Shown: positions 18,780-28,216, counted from the stretch's first letter. The stretch: DNA of 64,000 nt from Bdellovibrionota bacterium (GCA_041740355.1 JBGSMD010000002.1:18070-82069), one strand, 5' to 3'. Notes: generated by a model from the letters alone, not told the origin. Numbers and translations: made by a program.

Positions 18780-20189
18780 ATGTATACAGATTACCCAGTA
18801 AGTAAAATCCTAAGACAACTCGACCGAGATAATTTATTACCAGCAATTATCTTTCGCTCGGCACGTAAACAGTGCGATCAAGACTTAACTCAATTAACAA
18901 AAAAGAGTTACCTTCAAATAAAACCTGAACATCAAAGAGATATTGAAAATCGGATTGAAGAACTTGTTGTTAAGTACTCTTGGGACTTCGAAATCTTAAA
19001 AAACCATGATCAGTACAAAACTTTAATTCACTTCGCTGCAGGTGCTCACCATGCTGGTCAACTCTTAACATGGCGTTTGCTATTAGAAGAGTTAATGACC
19101 TCAGGCTTGCTCCGAATGTTAATAGCGACTGGAACTGTAGCAGCTGGAGTTGATTTTCCAGCACGTACCGTGGTTGTTACAGCCCATAGTAAGCGTGGAC
19201 ATTTAGGATTTAACACCTTGGCTTCATCTGAATTTCAACAGATGTCCGGACGTGCTGGGCGCCGTGGTAAAGATGCTGTCGGATTTTGTTTAGTAGCACC
19301 GAATCCCTACGCTGATGCTCGTGTAATTTCTGAGGTCGATAAGTCACCTCCAGAACCACTGCGCTCAGCTTATTTTGCATCACCTTCTAGTATTCTTAAT
19401 CTTCTAAAATATCGTTCAATTGAAGATTTGAAATTTATAGTTAAAAATTCATTAGGTGGATTTGTAGATCAAACTGAAGCAAAGAAAATTATTGAAGAAG
19501 CTGATAAAGAAGAGCTAAAGCTCGTTGGTCTTCCCGAAAACGATGCTAATCATAAACGAATTGTAAAAAAAGTACGCCGATTAAAAAGAAATGCCGAAGA
19601 GCTGATCAATAAGCAAATGACTGAGTTAGAAATAACTTTGTTAGCACTCAAGAATTTAGGCCACTTAGATCAAAATGGATCATTAACTGAAAAGGGGACA
19701 TGGACCGCTGAGTTATGCACAAGTATTGTGTTAGAGCTGGCTGAGTTTACTGAAGACTTTTTGTTAAGCGATTGTTCAACTTTGGAATTAGTTGGAATTA
19801 TTGCTTCCATCGCTGGCGATGCCCATCGATCATATTTAAGAATTAAAAACACTGTAGTTAAAAAGGAAAAGCTAGAGGCTTTAGCAAAACGAGTTCAGTT
19901 GGTTAAAGATCTTTATCAAGTTAAAAATTTTGAACGTGAAATTGAAGTCTTGCCTGATGCCGCATCTACTGTTGAGACTTGGGTTCAAGCCAGCAGTTGG
20001 GCAGAATTTTCTTCGCTATTAAAACTTTCCGGAGTGACAGAAGGGGATGCTGCAAGATTGATTACGCAAACAGCAGATCATTTACAGCAGTTATCAAGAC
20101 TGGGTGCCACGCATTATGAGTTGGCACAACAAGCAAAAGAAGCGCGTGATCTTCTGCTAAGACCCCCCTTGTCTGAAGTAATCTTATAA
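18780..20189 (+). CDS. Ski2/HelY-like helicase, C-terminal half (RecA2 + DSHCT-like)
   Basis: LLPAIIF, AHHAG, ATGTVAAGVDFPARTVV, QMSGRAGRRG, TEGD. Confidence 0.88.
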   Translation: MYTDYPVSKILRQLDRDNLLPAIIFRSARKQCDQDLTQLTKKSYLQIKPEHQRDIENRIEELVVKYSWDFEILKNHDQYKTLIHFAAGAHHAGQLLTWRLLLEELMTSGLLRMLIATGTVAAGVDFPARTVVVTAHSKRGHLGFNTLASSEFQQMSGRAGRRGKDAVGFCLVAPNPYADARVISEVDKSPPEPLRSAYFASPSSILNLLKYRSIEDLKFIVKNSLGGFVDQTEAKKIIEEADKEELKLVGLPENDANHKRIVKKVRRLKRNAEELINKQMTELEITLLALKNLGHLDQNGSLTEKGTWTAELCTSIVLELAEFTEDFLLSDCSTLELVGIIASIAGDAHRSYLRIKNTVVKKEKLEALAKRVQLVKDLYQVKNFEREIEVLPDAASTVETWVQASSWAEFSSLLKLSGVTEGDAARLITQTADHLQQLSRLGATHYELAQQAKEARDLLLRPPLSEVIL

Positions 20190-20275
20190 TTTATTATCCG
20201 TTCACGGGGTTAATGTAATGATTTGCGGAAGTACTTTACAACGAAATGATCGAGGTATTCCGTTGGTCAAAATCT

Positions 20276-20348
20276 GCATGTCACGTCATAGCGTAGTGTG
20301 CGACGGCGAATTGTCCCTCCTCCTTCGCTAAAGCTTCGGATGACAAGC
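20276..20348. repeat. Inverted pair of REP-like ~28-bp motifs (family C)
   Basis: gcatgtcacgtcatagc...gcgacggcg followed by inverted ctccttcgctaaagcttcggatgacaagc. Confidence 0.5.
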
Positions 20349-20407
20349 AACCTCAATTTACTTCGGAAGCTGCCTCTTTTTGGGGTGTAGTAAACTCGGA
20401 AACAATT

Positions 20408-21157
20408 ATGAAAGTATTAGTACCAGTGAAGAGCGTGCTTGATTATGCCGCTAAAATTAAAGTGAAACCGGATGGATCTGGTATAGAGAAGGACGGTATA
20501 AAGCAAATCGTTAATCCTTTTGATGAAATTGCCGTGGAAGAAGCTTTGCGCTTGAAAACAGCTGGCAAAATTTCAGAAATAACTGTTGTTGGTATTGGCC
20601 CAGAAGAAGTCACTACACAATTGCGTTACGCTATGGCGATGGGGGCTGATCAAGCAATTTTAATTAAAAGCCTTAATGCTGTGGATTCAGATTTAGCAGC
20701 TAGAGCTATAACGGAAGTTTTTAAGAAAGGTTCTTATCAATTAATCTTAATGGGCAAACAGGCAATTGATTCTGATAGTGGGCAAACTCCACAATTACTT
20801 GCCGGTTATTTAGAAATCCCACATGCTTCCTTTGCCTCTAAAGTAGAATTGTCTGCTGACAAAGTAAAAGTTACTAGAGAAGTTGATGGAGGGTTTGAAG
20901 TTGTTGAATCAAGTTTGCCAGCAATTGTATCCACTGACTTAAGACTCAATGAGCCTCGTTACGCACCACTTCCAGGGATTATGAAAGCAAAGACTAAGCC
21001 ACTAGAGATTATTGAGTTACATTCTTTAGTCAATGATTTAACTGAAAAAGTAAAAGTAATTAAGTATCATTCTCCGGAAGCTCGCAAGGCTGGTCGTTTA
21101 GTCTCTTCTGTCGATGAGCTAATTTCTGCTTTAAAAAATGAAGCAAAAGTAATTTAA
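20408..21157 (+). CDS. etfB: Electron transfer flavoprotein beta subunit
   Basis: NPFDEIAVEEALRL, GKQAIDSD, LNEPRY. Confidence 0.96.
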   Translation: MKVLVPVKSVLDYAAKIKVKPDGSGIEKDGIKQIVNPFDEIAVEEALRLKTAGKISEITVVGIGPEEVTTQLRYAMAMGADQAILIKSLNAVDSDLAARAITEVFKKGSYQLILMGKQAIDSDSGQTPQLLAGYLEIPHASFASKVELSADKVKVTREVDGGFEVVESSLPAIVSTDLRLNEPRYAPLPGIMKAKTKPLEIIELHSLVNDLTEKVKVIKYHSPEARKAGRLVSSVDELISALKNEAKVI

Positions 21158-21169
21158 TTTTTAAATTTT

Positions 21170-22135
21170 ATGAGTAAAATATTACTGTTTATTCAACAAG
21201 ATCAAGGTAAGCTAAATCAAGCTAGTCTGGCGGCACTAACAGCCGCACAAGAAATTAGTTTTAAGCACGAATCCGCTGAGATTTTAGGTATATGTTTGGG
21301 AGCTGGCGCCAAAAATGTCGTAAGTGAAATTGCAACTTATGGCTTAGCAAATATTTATTACTCTGAAAATTCGATTTTTGATAAGTATATTGCCAGTAAT
21401 TATGCTAAGGCTTGTGTTCAGATCATGCAAAAAAATGATTGTAAGTATTTAATTGCTTCAGCAACAACAACTGGTAAAGATTTTCTTCCCCTTGTTGCTG
21501 TGAAGCTATCTGCTGGTCAGGCTTCAGATATTACTGGGGTTAATCCAGACAAATCATTTAGACGTCCAGTGTATGCGGGAAATGCATTAGCTGATGTGCA
21601 AATTACCACAGATAAAAAGATTATTACTGTTCGGGGTTCCAGTTTTGATCTTGCTAAATCTGTTGGCGGATCTAGCCAGCTGGAAGATTTTTCACCCGAT
21701 TTTCAACCAAGTACTTCGGTTACGGTTCTGGAATATCAAATTCCAGAGAATTCGCGTCCCGAGTTAACTGAAGCAAAAATTATTGTTAGTGGTGGACGTG
21801 GTGTAGGTACCTCGGCTAACTTTGAAAAACTAATTTTTCCGCTAGCCGACAAGTTAAATGCTGCCGTCGGAGCCTCTAGAGCAGTTGTTGATGCTGGGGA
21901 AGTACCAAATGATTGGCAGGTTGGACAAACAGGAAAGATTGTTGCTCCCAATCTTTATATAGCTATTGGTTTATCCGGGGCAATTCAACATTTAGCCGGA
22001 ATGAAAGACTCCAAGGTTATTGTCGCTATTAACAAAGATGCTGAAGCACCAATCTTTGAAGTAGCAGATTATGGGATCGTCGGCGATCTTTTTCAGATTG
22101 TGCCAGAGTTAACCCAAAAAATAAATTTATTATAA
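21170..22135 (+). CDS. etfA: Electron transfer flavoprotein alpha subunit
   Basis: [33 protein letters not shown]. Confidence 0.96.
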   Translation: MSKILLFIQQDQGKLNQASLAALTAAQEISFKHESAEILGICLGAGAKNVVSEIATYGLANIYYSENSIFDKYIASNYAKACVQIMQKNDCKYLIASATTTGKDFLPLVAVKLSAGQASDITGVNPDKSFRRPVYAGNALADVQITTDKKIITVRGSSFDLAKSVGGSSQLEDFSPDFQPSTSVTVLEYQIPENSRPELTEAKIIVSGGRGVGTSANFEKLIFPLADKLNAAVGASRAVVDAGEVPNDWQVGQTGKIVAPNLYIAIGLSGAIQHLAGMKDSKVIVAINKDAEAPIFEVADYGIVGDLFQIVPELTQKINLL

Positions 22136-22145
22136 AAAAATTAAA

Positions 22146-22634
22146 TTGAGTAATCGACAAAAGAAAAGAGTTAATCAAAGACAAATCATATTTTTAATTG
22201 CCTTTATTGGCTTATTAATTGCTGGTACTTATTTCTATCTAGATTACAAACGCACTTCACATTTAAAACTTGCAAATTTAGTAAATCAAGATGGTAAAAA
22301 TTATGGCCAGATTTACTTGGAAATTGCTGATACTCCTGAAAAGAGAGCGAAAGGATTAATGTATCGTCAGAAACTTTCCTTAGATCAAGGAATGCTCTTT
22401 AAGTTTGATGAAACAAAAATCCAATCGATCTGGATGAAAAATACATACCTAAGCTTAGATTTATTTTTCCTTAGTCCCAATTATCAGATTGTTGGTATTA
22501 TTCCTAAAGTTCCAATCTTAAATGAGATATCCAGAAAAGTTGAAGTTCCATCTCGTTATGTAGTCGAACTTAATGCTGGTTCAGTTGAAAGACTTGGGAT
22601 TAAGCTTGGGGATACTTTTAAGTTAGATTCATAA
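22146..22634 (+). CDS. DUF192 family protein
   Basis: EIADTPEKRAKGLMYR, GMLF, WMKNT, VVELNAG. Confidence 0.88.
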   Translation: MSNRQKKRVNQRQIIFLIAFIGLLIAGTYFYLDYKRTSHLKLANLVNQDGKNYGQIYLEIADTPEKRAKGLMYRQKLSLDQGMLFKFDETKIQSIWMKNTYLSLDLFFLSPNYQIVGIIPKVPILNEISRKVEVPSRYVVELNAGSVERLGIKLGDTFKLDS

Positions 22635-22870
22635 TTAATAATTCTACTTTTGCAGCACAATTTTACCAATGTAACACTAAGAGTTTTTACAGAATCAAAT
22701 CTAGTTTTTTAAAAATGTCTGGTTCTGATCTTAAGTGCGATTTGTTTACTCCATTACCTCCATTTAGTTATCATCATAAATCTGTAACTGCCTGTAATCT
22801 CCTTGAAAATTAGAGACTAGCTCTTTACATAAATTTCTAATCGTGTAAATTATTGTCCAACTTCAAGTGC

Positions 22871-23074
22871 GATAAACCCTCGGCATATCAAATTGCGGAG
22901 GGCGAGAGTAATCTTGGCTTTAGCCATGTTACGCCGTAGAAGAAAAACCAATACTCACCATTAATTTGCGTAGGGTTTGTAGTATTTTTTACGGCAAAAC
23001 CTGTCTTTGACAGGATTTTGCTCGCTCACCTTATTCTATTCATTTTTTATCAAAAATGAAAAACGGTGAGTATA
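22871..23074 (+). repeat. Family B structured element, full-length copy (candidate ncRNA or non-autonomous mobile element)
   Basis: Homologous to 43763-43937; multi-stem fold; ends 22 nt before tRNA-Gln. Confidence 0.88.
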
Positions 23075-23096
23075 TTTGCCCTTAAAGTTAACTTGC

Positions 23097-23171
23097 TGGC
23101 CTGTCGCCAAGTGGTAAGGCAACTGGTTTTGGTCCAGTCATCCGGGGGTTCGAATCCTCCCAGGCCAGCCA
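23097..23171 (+). tRNA. tRNA-Gln (TTG)
   Basis: Acceptor tggcctg/caggcca, anticodon arm actgg-ttTTGgt-ccagt, GTTCGAATC T-loop, encoded CCA; usual position upstream of prs. Confidence 0.96.
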
Positions 23172-23239
23172 ATAAGTGTATTTAAATATCATCGCCGTTA
23201 TTTCGCATTATTGTGATAGCGGTACAAAACTGGAAAACC

Positions 23240-23267
23240 CTCCGTCGCATAAGCTTTGGAGTACAAG
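23240..23267 (-). repeat. Family C REP-like motif
   Basis: ctccgtcgcataagctttggagtacaag matches 20320-20347. Confidence 0.5.
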
Positions 23268-23370
23268 TTCAGTATTTGTGCTAGGCGTAAATTCAGTATT
23301 ATTTGGTAAATACTTTTGGAATTTACTTTATTTAGCTGAGGTGCAAAACTTCTCAGCAAAAGTTGATTTT

Positions 23371-24315
23371 ATGAATCGTAACCTCCTAGTTTTCTCTGGA
23401 CGCTCTTCTCAGTCCTTCACTTCTAAAATTACAAAAATATTAAATGTTGAGCTTGGTAAGTTAGAGGTAACTCGCTTCAGTGATGGGGAATTATCCGTCG
23501 ATATTGGAGACAATGTTCGGGGACGTGATGTCTTCATAGTTCAAAGTACCTGCAATCCAGTAAATGACAATTTAATGGAATTGCTTATTGTTATGGACGC
23601 CTTAAAACGAGCATCCGCAGGCAGAATTACTGCAGTCATTCCTTACTTTGGTTATGCTCGTCAGGATCGCAAACTTAAACCTCGAGTTCCAATCACTGCT
23701 AAGTTAGTAGCCGATATTCTTACTACTGCCGGAGCTCATCGGATGCTGACAATTGACCTACACTCTGGTCAGATTATGGGATTCTTTAACTCTCCGGTTG
23801 ATAACTTAAATGCTCTTCCCGTTATTCTTCCTTATGTTAAAAATAAATATAAGAATGAGAATATCGCGATTGTCTCACCTGATGCTGGTGGAGTTGAGCG
23901 TGCTCGTGAGTTTTCTAAAAGATGGCCGGAATCAAGCTTAGCAATTATTGATAAAAGACGGCCTGAACCAGGCAAAATTGCTGAAATGAGAGTAGTAGGT
24001 GATGTAAAAGATCGCTGCTGTATTATTGTCGATGATATGATTGATACAGCTGGAACTCTCGTCAAAGCTTCCGAAGTACTAAAAAAAGCTGGTGCTTCAA
24101 AGGTGATTGCTTGTTGCACTCACGCGGTACTTTCAGGGAGTGCTATGGAAAGAATTAACGAAGCTGATTTTGAGGAAGTGATCATTACAGATACAATCCC
24201 GCTTAAGCATGCAGAAATTAGCCCAAAGATTACAGTGCTTTCTGTTAGTTCGTTATTTGCTGAAGCAATACGTAGAATTCACAAAGAAGATTCGATTAGT
24301 AGCTTATTTAGCTAA
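23371..24315 (+). CDS. prs: Ribose-phosphate pyrophosphokinase
   Basis: FSDGE, PYFGYARQDRK, VSPDAGG, VDDMIDTAGT; start set at MNRNLLVFSG. Confidence 0.97.
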   Translation: MNRNLLVFSGRSSQSFTSKITKILNVELGKLEVTRFSDGELSVDIGDNVRGRDVFIVQSTCNPVNDNLMELLIVMDALKRASAGRITAVIPYFGYARQDRKLKPRVPITAKLVADILTTAGAHRMLTIDLHSGQIMGFFNSPVDNLNALPVILPYVKNKYKNENIAIVSPDAGGVERAREFSKRWPESSLAIIDKRRPEPGKIAEMRVVGDVKDRCCIIVDDMIDTAGTLVKASEVLKKAGASKVIACCTHAVLSGSAMERINEADFEEVIITDTIPLKHAEISPKITVLSVSSLFAEAIRRIHKEDSISSLFS

Positions 24316-24577
24316 TAAAACTTTGCCAAGAATTTTTTTCAAAAACGTTTGTCCTGTTTCAAAAACTATTTGGTCTGACATTAATTGTGCCTTTTGCTAA
24401 GGAATCTCTGTTAATAAATAATTAGTTTAGATGAGCTACTAAGTTATGATCAGATGTTATCTTACCAAATAAGTGACTAAGTCACTTAAATTACATAATA
24501 TTTTTACTGATCTTAGTGAATATTCGAACAGTCCTAAAAATCTTAAACTTGCTAAGTTAAGAAATATTTCTGAAAAG

Positions 24578-24606
24578 TTTACAAATTCTTTAAAAACATA
24601 TAAATT
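24578..24606 (+). promoter_or_regulatory. Sigma70-type promoter upstream of rplY
   Basis: TTTACA-N17-TAAATT. Confidence 0.4.
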
Positions 24607-24700
24607 ACGCACCCTTAGTATTACACTTGGAGCTTAATAGTGTTTTTGTATAGCAAGCCTATAATACTAGTTTTTTTATATTCTGATTTAAGGAAGTAAC

Positions 24701-25366
24701 GTGGAAGAAAAAGTTTTACATATCGAATCCAGAACTAGCAATGGTTCAGCTGAAAGCCGTCGTTTACGCCGTACTGGTAAAGTTCCAGTTTCTATTCTTT
24801 ATCCTGATGCTACTAGCGTTGCTGGAATAGTAATTGAAAAAGATTTCGTACATTTGGCTGAAATGTCTAAGTATACTGATGTTTTTCATTTTAAATCTGA
24901 TAATCAGAAATTAAATGGTCAAAAAGTATTGGTAAAGGATTTACAGAAAGAGCCTTTAAAAGGTTCAGTATTACACGTTGACTTTTTGGCACTAGATGAC
25001 AAGAAAGCAATTAACGTTAAAGTTCCTGTTGCTCTTGTGGGAACTCCTGTCGGAGTAAAAACCCAAGGTGGTATTTTAACTAAGTCAGCGCAATTTTTGG
25101 TTGTTTCTTGCTTACCAGCAGTTATTCCTAGTGAAATTGAAGTAGATGTTACTGAATTAAAAGTAGGGGATCGTGTAATTGCAAATGAATTAAAATTCAC
25201 TAACGGACTTGTGTTAAAAAGCAACGAACGGGAAACAATTGCCTCAGTAGTAGCAAGTAGAGCAACTCGACTTCAGGAAACTGATGCTAAAGCTCCAGAA
25301 GCTGCTGCCAAAGGTGCTCCTGCTAAGGCACCAGCTGCTGCGGCTAAAGCGCCTGCTAAGAAATAA
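24701..25366 (+). CDS. rplY: 50S ribosomal protein L25/Ctc
   Basis: SRRLRRTGKVP, LHVDF, GVKTQGG; position between prs and pth. Confidence 0.93.
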   Translation: MEEKVLHIESRTSNGSAESRRLRRTGKVPVSILYPDATSVAGIVIEKDFVHLAEMSKYTDVFHFKSDNQKLNGQKVLVKDLQKEPLKGSVLHVDFLALDDKKAINVKVPVALVGTPVGVKTQGGILTKSAQFLVVSCLPAVIPSEIEVDVTELKVGDRVIANELKFTNGLVLKSNERETIASVVASRATRLQETDAKAPEAAAKGAPAKAPAAAAKAPAKK

Positions 25367-25374
25367 AGTTTTAA

Positions 25375-25971
25375 GTGGACAGCTTCAGCAATCATAAATT
25401 TTTGCTGGTTGGCTTAGGTAACCCAGGTTCTCGATATCAGTCTACAAGACATAATGTCGGGTTCATGTTTTTAGACTTTCTGCTTAAATCAATTAGTAGA
25501 GATTCTTTTAAAGTTGATTCTCAATTTAACTCGGAGATTGCTCGAGTTAATATTGAGAAACATGATTGTACGTTAGTTAAACCGCTAACTTATATGAACC
25601 TAAGTGGAGAAGCAGTCGTGAAGATTGCTAGGTTTTATAAAATTGCCCCAAGTCAGGTTATAGTATTTTATGATGATTTAGATTTGGCCTTTGGTAAGAT
25701 TCGCCTTCGAACCAAAAGTGGAGATGGCGGGCATAATGGAATAAAATCCATTAAGCAACATCTCACTACCAACGATTATGTAAATTTTCGCTTTGGAATT
25801 GGTCGTCCGGAAATCAAGGGATTTGAAATTAGTGATTGGGTCTTAAGCAAACTTGGTAAGGCGGAACTTGATACTATTCAAGAAACGTTTCAAGTTGCCG
25901 AAAAGGCGTTGGCAGTTTTATTACAAGATGGGTTGTTATCAGCTCAGAATAAACTAGGACAAAAAGATTAG
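25375..25971 (+). CDS. pth: Peptidyl-tRNA hydrolase
   Basis: VGLGNPG, TRHNVGF, KPLTYMNLSG, GGHNG. Confidence 0.97.
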   Translation: MDSFSNHKFLLVGLGNPGSRYQSTRHNVGFMFLDFLLKSISRDSFKVDSQFNSEIARVNIEKHDCTLVKPLTYMNLSGEAVVKIARFYKIAPSQVIVFYDDLDLAFGKIRLRTKSGDGGHNGIKSIKQHLTTNDYVNFRFGIGRPEIKGFEISDWVLSKLGKAELDTIQETFQVAEKALAVLLQDGLLSAQNKLGQKD

Positions 25972-26283
25972 TTTTTTTTGTTTTTTAAAAGTCCATTCTT
26001 GGCAAAGCTAAGTTGGGTCTTTGAAGAAAATTTACTCAACAGCATCAGCTTTATTAGCAATAATTGATTAGTGGTGAGTGCAAACAAGTTTTTAAGCGCA
26101 CATAAATTATGCGTTTGGAATAAAAAATAAGCCCAAACCTTTTAAAGTTTGAGTAGTAGCATAATTTAGTATTTTAAATTTAATCACTACCAGAGAATAA
26201 AAGGTTTTATAAATTTTTTACTTAATACTTTGGTTTTTGTACCAATGTTGATTAAGTAAAGTTATAGGTAATTAAAGGAATAT

Positions 26284-26640
26284 ATGAATAAATACGAAAC
26301 TATTTTGGTAATTAATCCAAAACTAGATGAGCAAGGGTTACAAACCTTAGCTGATAAATATCGCAAGTTAGTAGAAGCTAATGCAGGCCAAGTTGATGAA
26401 ATCGAAAGCTGGGGCAAACGCGAAATTGCTCAGACTTTAGGCAATGAAGCCTATGGTTATTATTTGAATTTCAACTATCAGTCTGAAAATTCTAAATTAA
26501 TCACTACTATCAACACGCAATTTCGTTTAGATGGTGATATTTTAAAATTTCAAACTCACCGTGTTGGTGAAGCTACTAAGAAGTTTAAAGTTAATCGACG
26601 TTTTCAAGCGCTTGGTGATGACTATACAATTGGTGGTTAA
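26284..26640 (+). CDS. rpsF: 30S ribosomal protein S6
   Basis: MNKYETILVINP, WGKREIA, GYY. Confidence 0.9.
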   Translation: MNKYETILVINPKLDEQGLQTLADKYRKLVEANAGQVDEIESWGKREIAQTLGNEAYGYYLNFNYQSENSKLITTINTQFRLDGDILKFQTHRVGEATKKFKVNRRFQALGDDYTIGG

Positions 26641-26710
26641 TATTGCGTAATCAAATCAAAGAGATCTGATTTGGTATGCTGTTCAAATTATAAATAGGCA
26701 AGGAGATAAA

Positions 26711-27214
26711 ATGGAAGTTATTTTAGAGAGAGATTATCCACAACTAGGATTTGTTGGTGATCGTGTACAAATTAGTCGCGGGTTTGGACGTAACTATTTA
26801 ATACCGCAAGGGATTGCAGTTGAGGTCAACGCTCGTAATGAGAAGTTTCTTAAAAATAAAATGCAAGCAATTGCTACTCAAAGAGCTAAATTAAAAGCAG
26901 ACGCTGAGCAATTGTCTGATAAAATGAAATCAGAAGCCTGGGAATTTACTTTAAAAGTTGGTTCAAAGGGTAAGAGCTTTGGTTCAGTTTCAGCTAAAGA
27001 TGTTTACGAGATGGTGATTTCTCGTGGTTACGAAGTTGATAAGAAGCAAGTTGTATTAACTGATTCTGTAAGATCTTCTGGTGATTATAAGTTTTCTGTT
27101 AAATTACATTCTGAAGTGACAGCAATTGTTCCACTTAAAGTTTTAGCTGACATTACTGCTAAAGCTAAGTCAGAGAAGAATGATGCTGAGTCTGAAGACC
27201 AGACTGCAGAATAA
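26711..27214 (+). CDS. rplI: 50S ribosomal protein L9
   Basis: MEVIL..LGFVGD..GFGRNYLIP, FGSV, KLHSEV; AGGAG SD. Confidence 0.95.
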   Translation: MEVILERDYPQLGFVGDRVQISRGFGRNYLIPQGIAVEVNARNEKFLKNKMQAIATQRAKLKADAEQLSDKMKSEAWEFTLKVGSKGKSFGSVSAKDVYEMVISRGYEVDKKQVVLTDSVRSSGDYKFSVKLHSEVTAIVPLKVLADITAKAKSEKNDAESEDQTAE

Positions 27215-27219
27215 TACCT

Positions 27220-27261
27220 AAGCCATTTCGATTTCTTGATCGTGATCGAAATGGCTTTTTT
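27220..27261 (+). terminator. Intrinsic terminator after rplI
   Basis: aagccatttcgat/atcgaaatggctt stem plus T run. Confidence 0.8.
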
Positions 27262-27316
27262 CATCTAAAAGTATCGAAATACTTATGCTTCCTGCGTTAT
27301 CGCGCATCCAGATAAT

Positions 27317-28153
27317 ATGAAAAAGTTCTTACTATTGATTACGATCTTAATCTTAATCGGAGCTGGTTTCATATTCAAATACTCCTTAAGGACTACAACA
27401 AATCAATTGCCGAGTAATCCGAAACAAGTGTTTACTAAGTTTCAAAATTTTAAACCGGCACAAAGAGTTTCCTTTAAAGATCAGCAAGAATTTAATCCAA
27501 AAAAAGATCTAAGCTTTTCCGTAATAATTTGGTTAAGATTTAAGGAAATTACCAAACAAGAGCAAAGGACTTTCATCCTTCGAAAATATAGCCAAAAAGA
27601 GCAAACTGGTTACGCATTAGCCTTCAATCAATTTGAGGATGGCTTTTATCCACAGATATTTTGGACAAAAAAACAAGAGGGCAAATGGCTTACGTTTCAA
27701 AAGTTTAAACCACAACCGCACCGTTGGTATGGTTTTCTATTAACTTTTACTGATAATAAATACCTTGGACTTCATTTACTAAAACCGGAAAAAGTAAGCG
27801 ATCAAATTTCCTTAAAAAACTTAGGTGGCTACATCCTTGAAGATACTTTCCCGATAAGTAATGCCAAGTTAGAAATAGGGTCAATTGGAACTAAAATCTT
27901 TAATGGTTCCATCGCTAAGGTCTCATTTTATAAATCAGATTCGAAGAATTTTGAACTGCTAGATTTCTTAGAAACGCTGAAGTCAGCTTCCGTGGATAGT
28001 AAATTTGAAGAATATCCTAGCTATGATTTGGAGTTTGAGAAGATTCAGAAGAGCACAAAAAAAACTAAAGATTTAAATGGTAAAGGAAAAAATACTATTT
28101 CAAAATTAGATGCAAAAGTTAAATCTTCCCAGAAAAAGGCTGGGCGTAATTAA
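27317..28153 (+). CDS. Exported hypothetical protein, possible LamG/concanavalin-like beta-sandwich
   Basis: Signal anchor; SFSVIIWLRF, RWY, LEIG, FNGSI..V.FY pattern. Confidence 0.5.
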   Translation: MKKFLLLITILILIGAGFIFKYSLRTTTNQLPSNPKQVFTKFQNFKPAQRVSFKDQQEFNPKKDLSFSVIIWLRFKEITKQEQRTFILRKYSQKEQTGYALAFNQFEDGFYPQIFWTKKQEGKWLTFQKFKPQPHRWYGFLLTFTDNKYLGLHLLKPEKVSDQISLKNLGGYILEDTFPISNAKLEIGSIGTKIFNGSIAKVSFYKSDSKNFELLDFLETLKSASVDSKFEEYPSYDLEFEKIQKSTKKTKDLNGKGKNTISKLDAKVKSSQKKAGRN

Positions 28154-28216
28154 AAATTACCTCCAATAAGATCCTCTGGTTATAAAAATAATTTTCCCCT
28201 AATATCGATTAAGACT

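Noticed and set aside
18740-18790. Programmed frameshift or readthrough joining the helicase halves
   Set aside because: Stops in both frames within the gap and no slippery heptamer seen.
20190-20407. FMN riboswitch upstream of etfB
   Set aside because: Conserved FMN aptamer motifs (AGGGCGGGG..AATTCCC..CCGAC) are absent.
23176-23370. 65-aa N-terminal extension of prs in the ORF track
   Set aside because: Translates structured/repeat spacer DNA; Prs similarity starts at ATG 23371.
25280-25366. Ala/Lys/Pro repeats at the end of rplY
   Set aside because: Ordinary low-complexity tail of L25/Ctc proteins.
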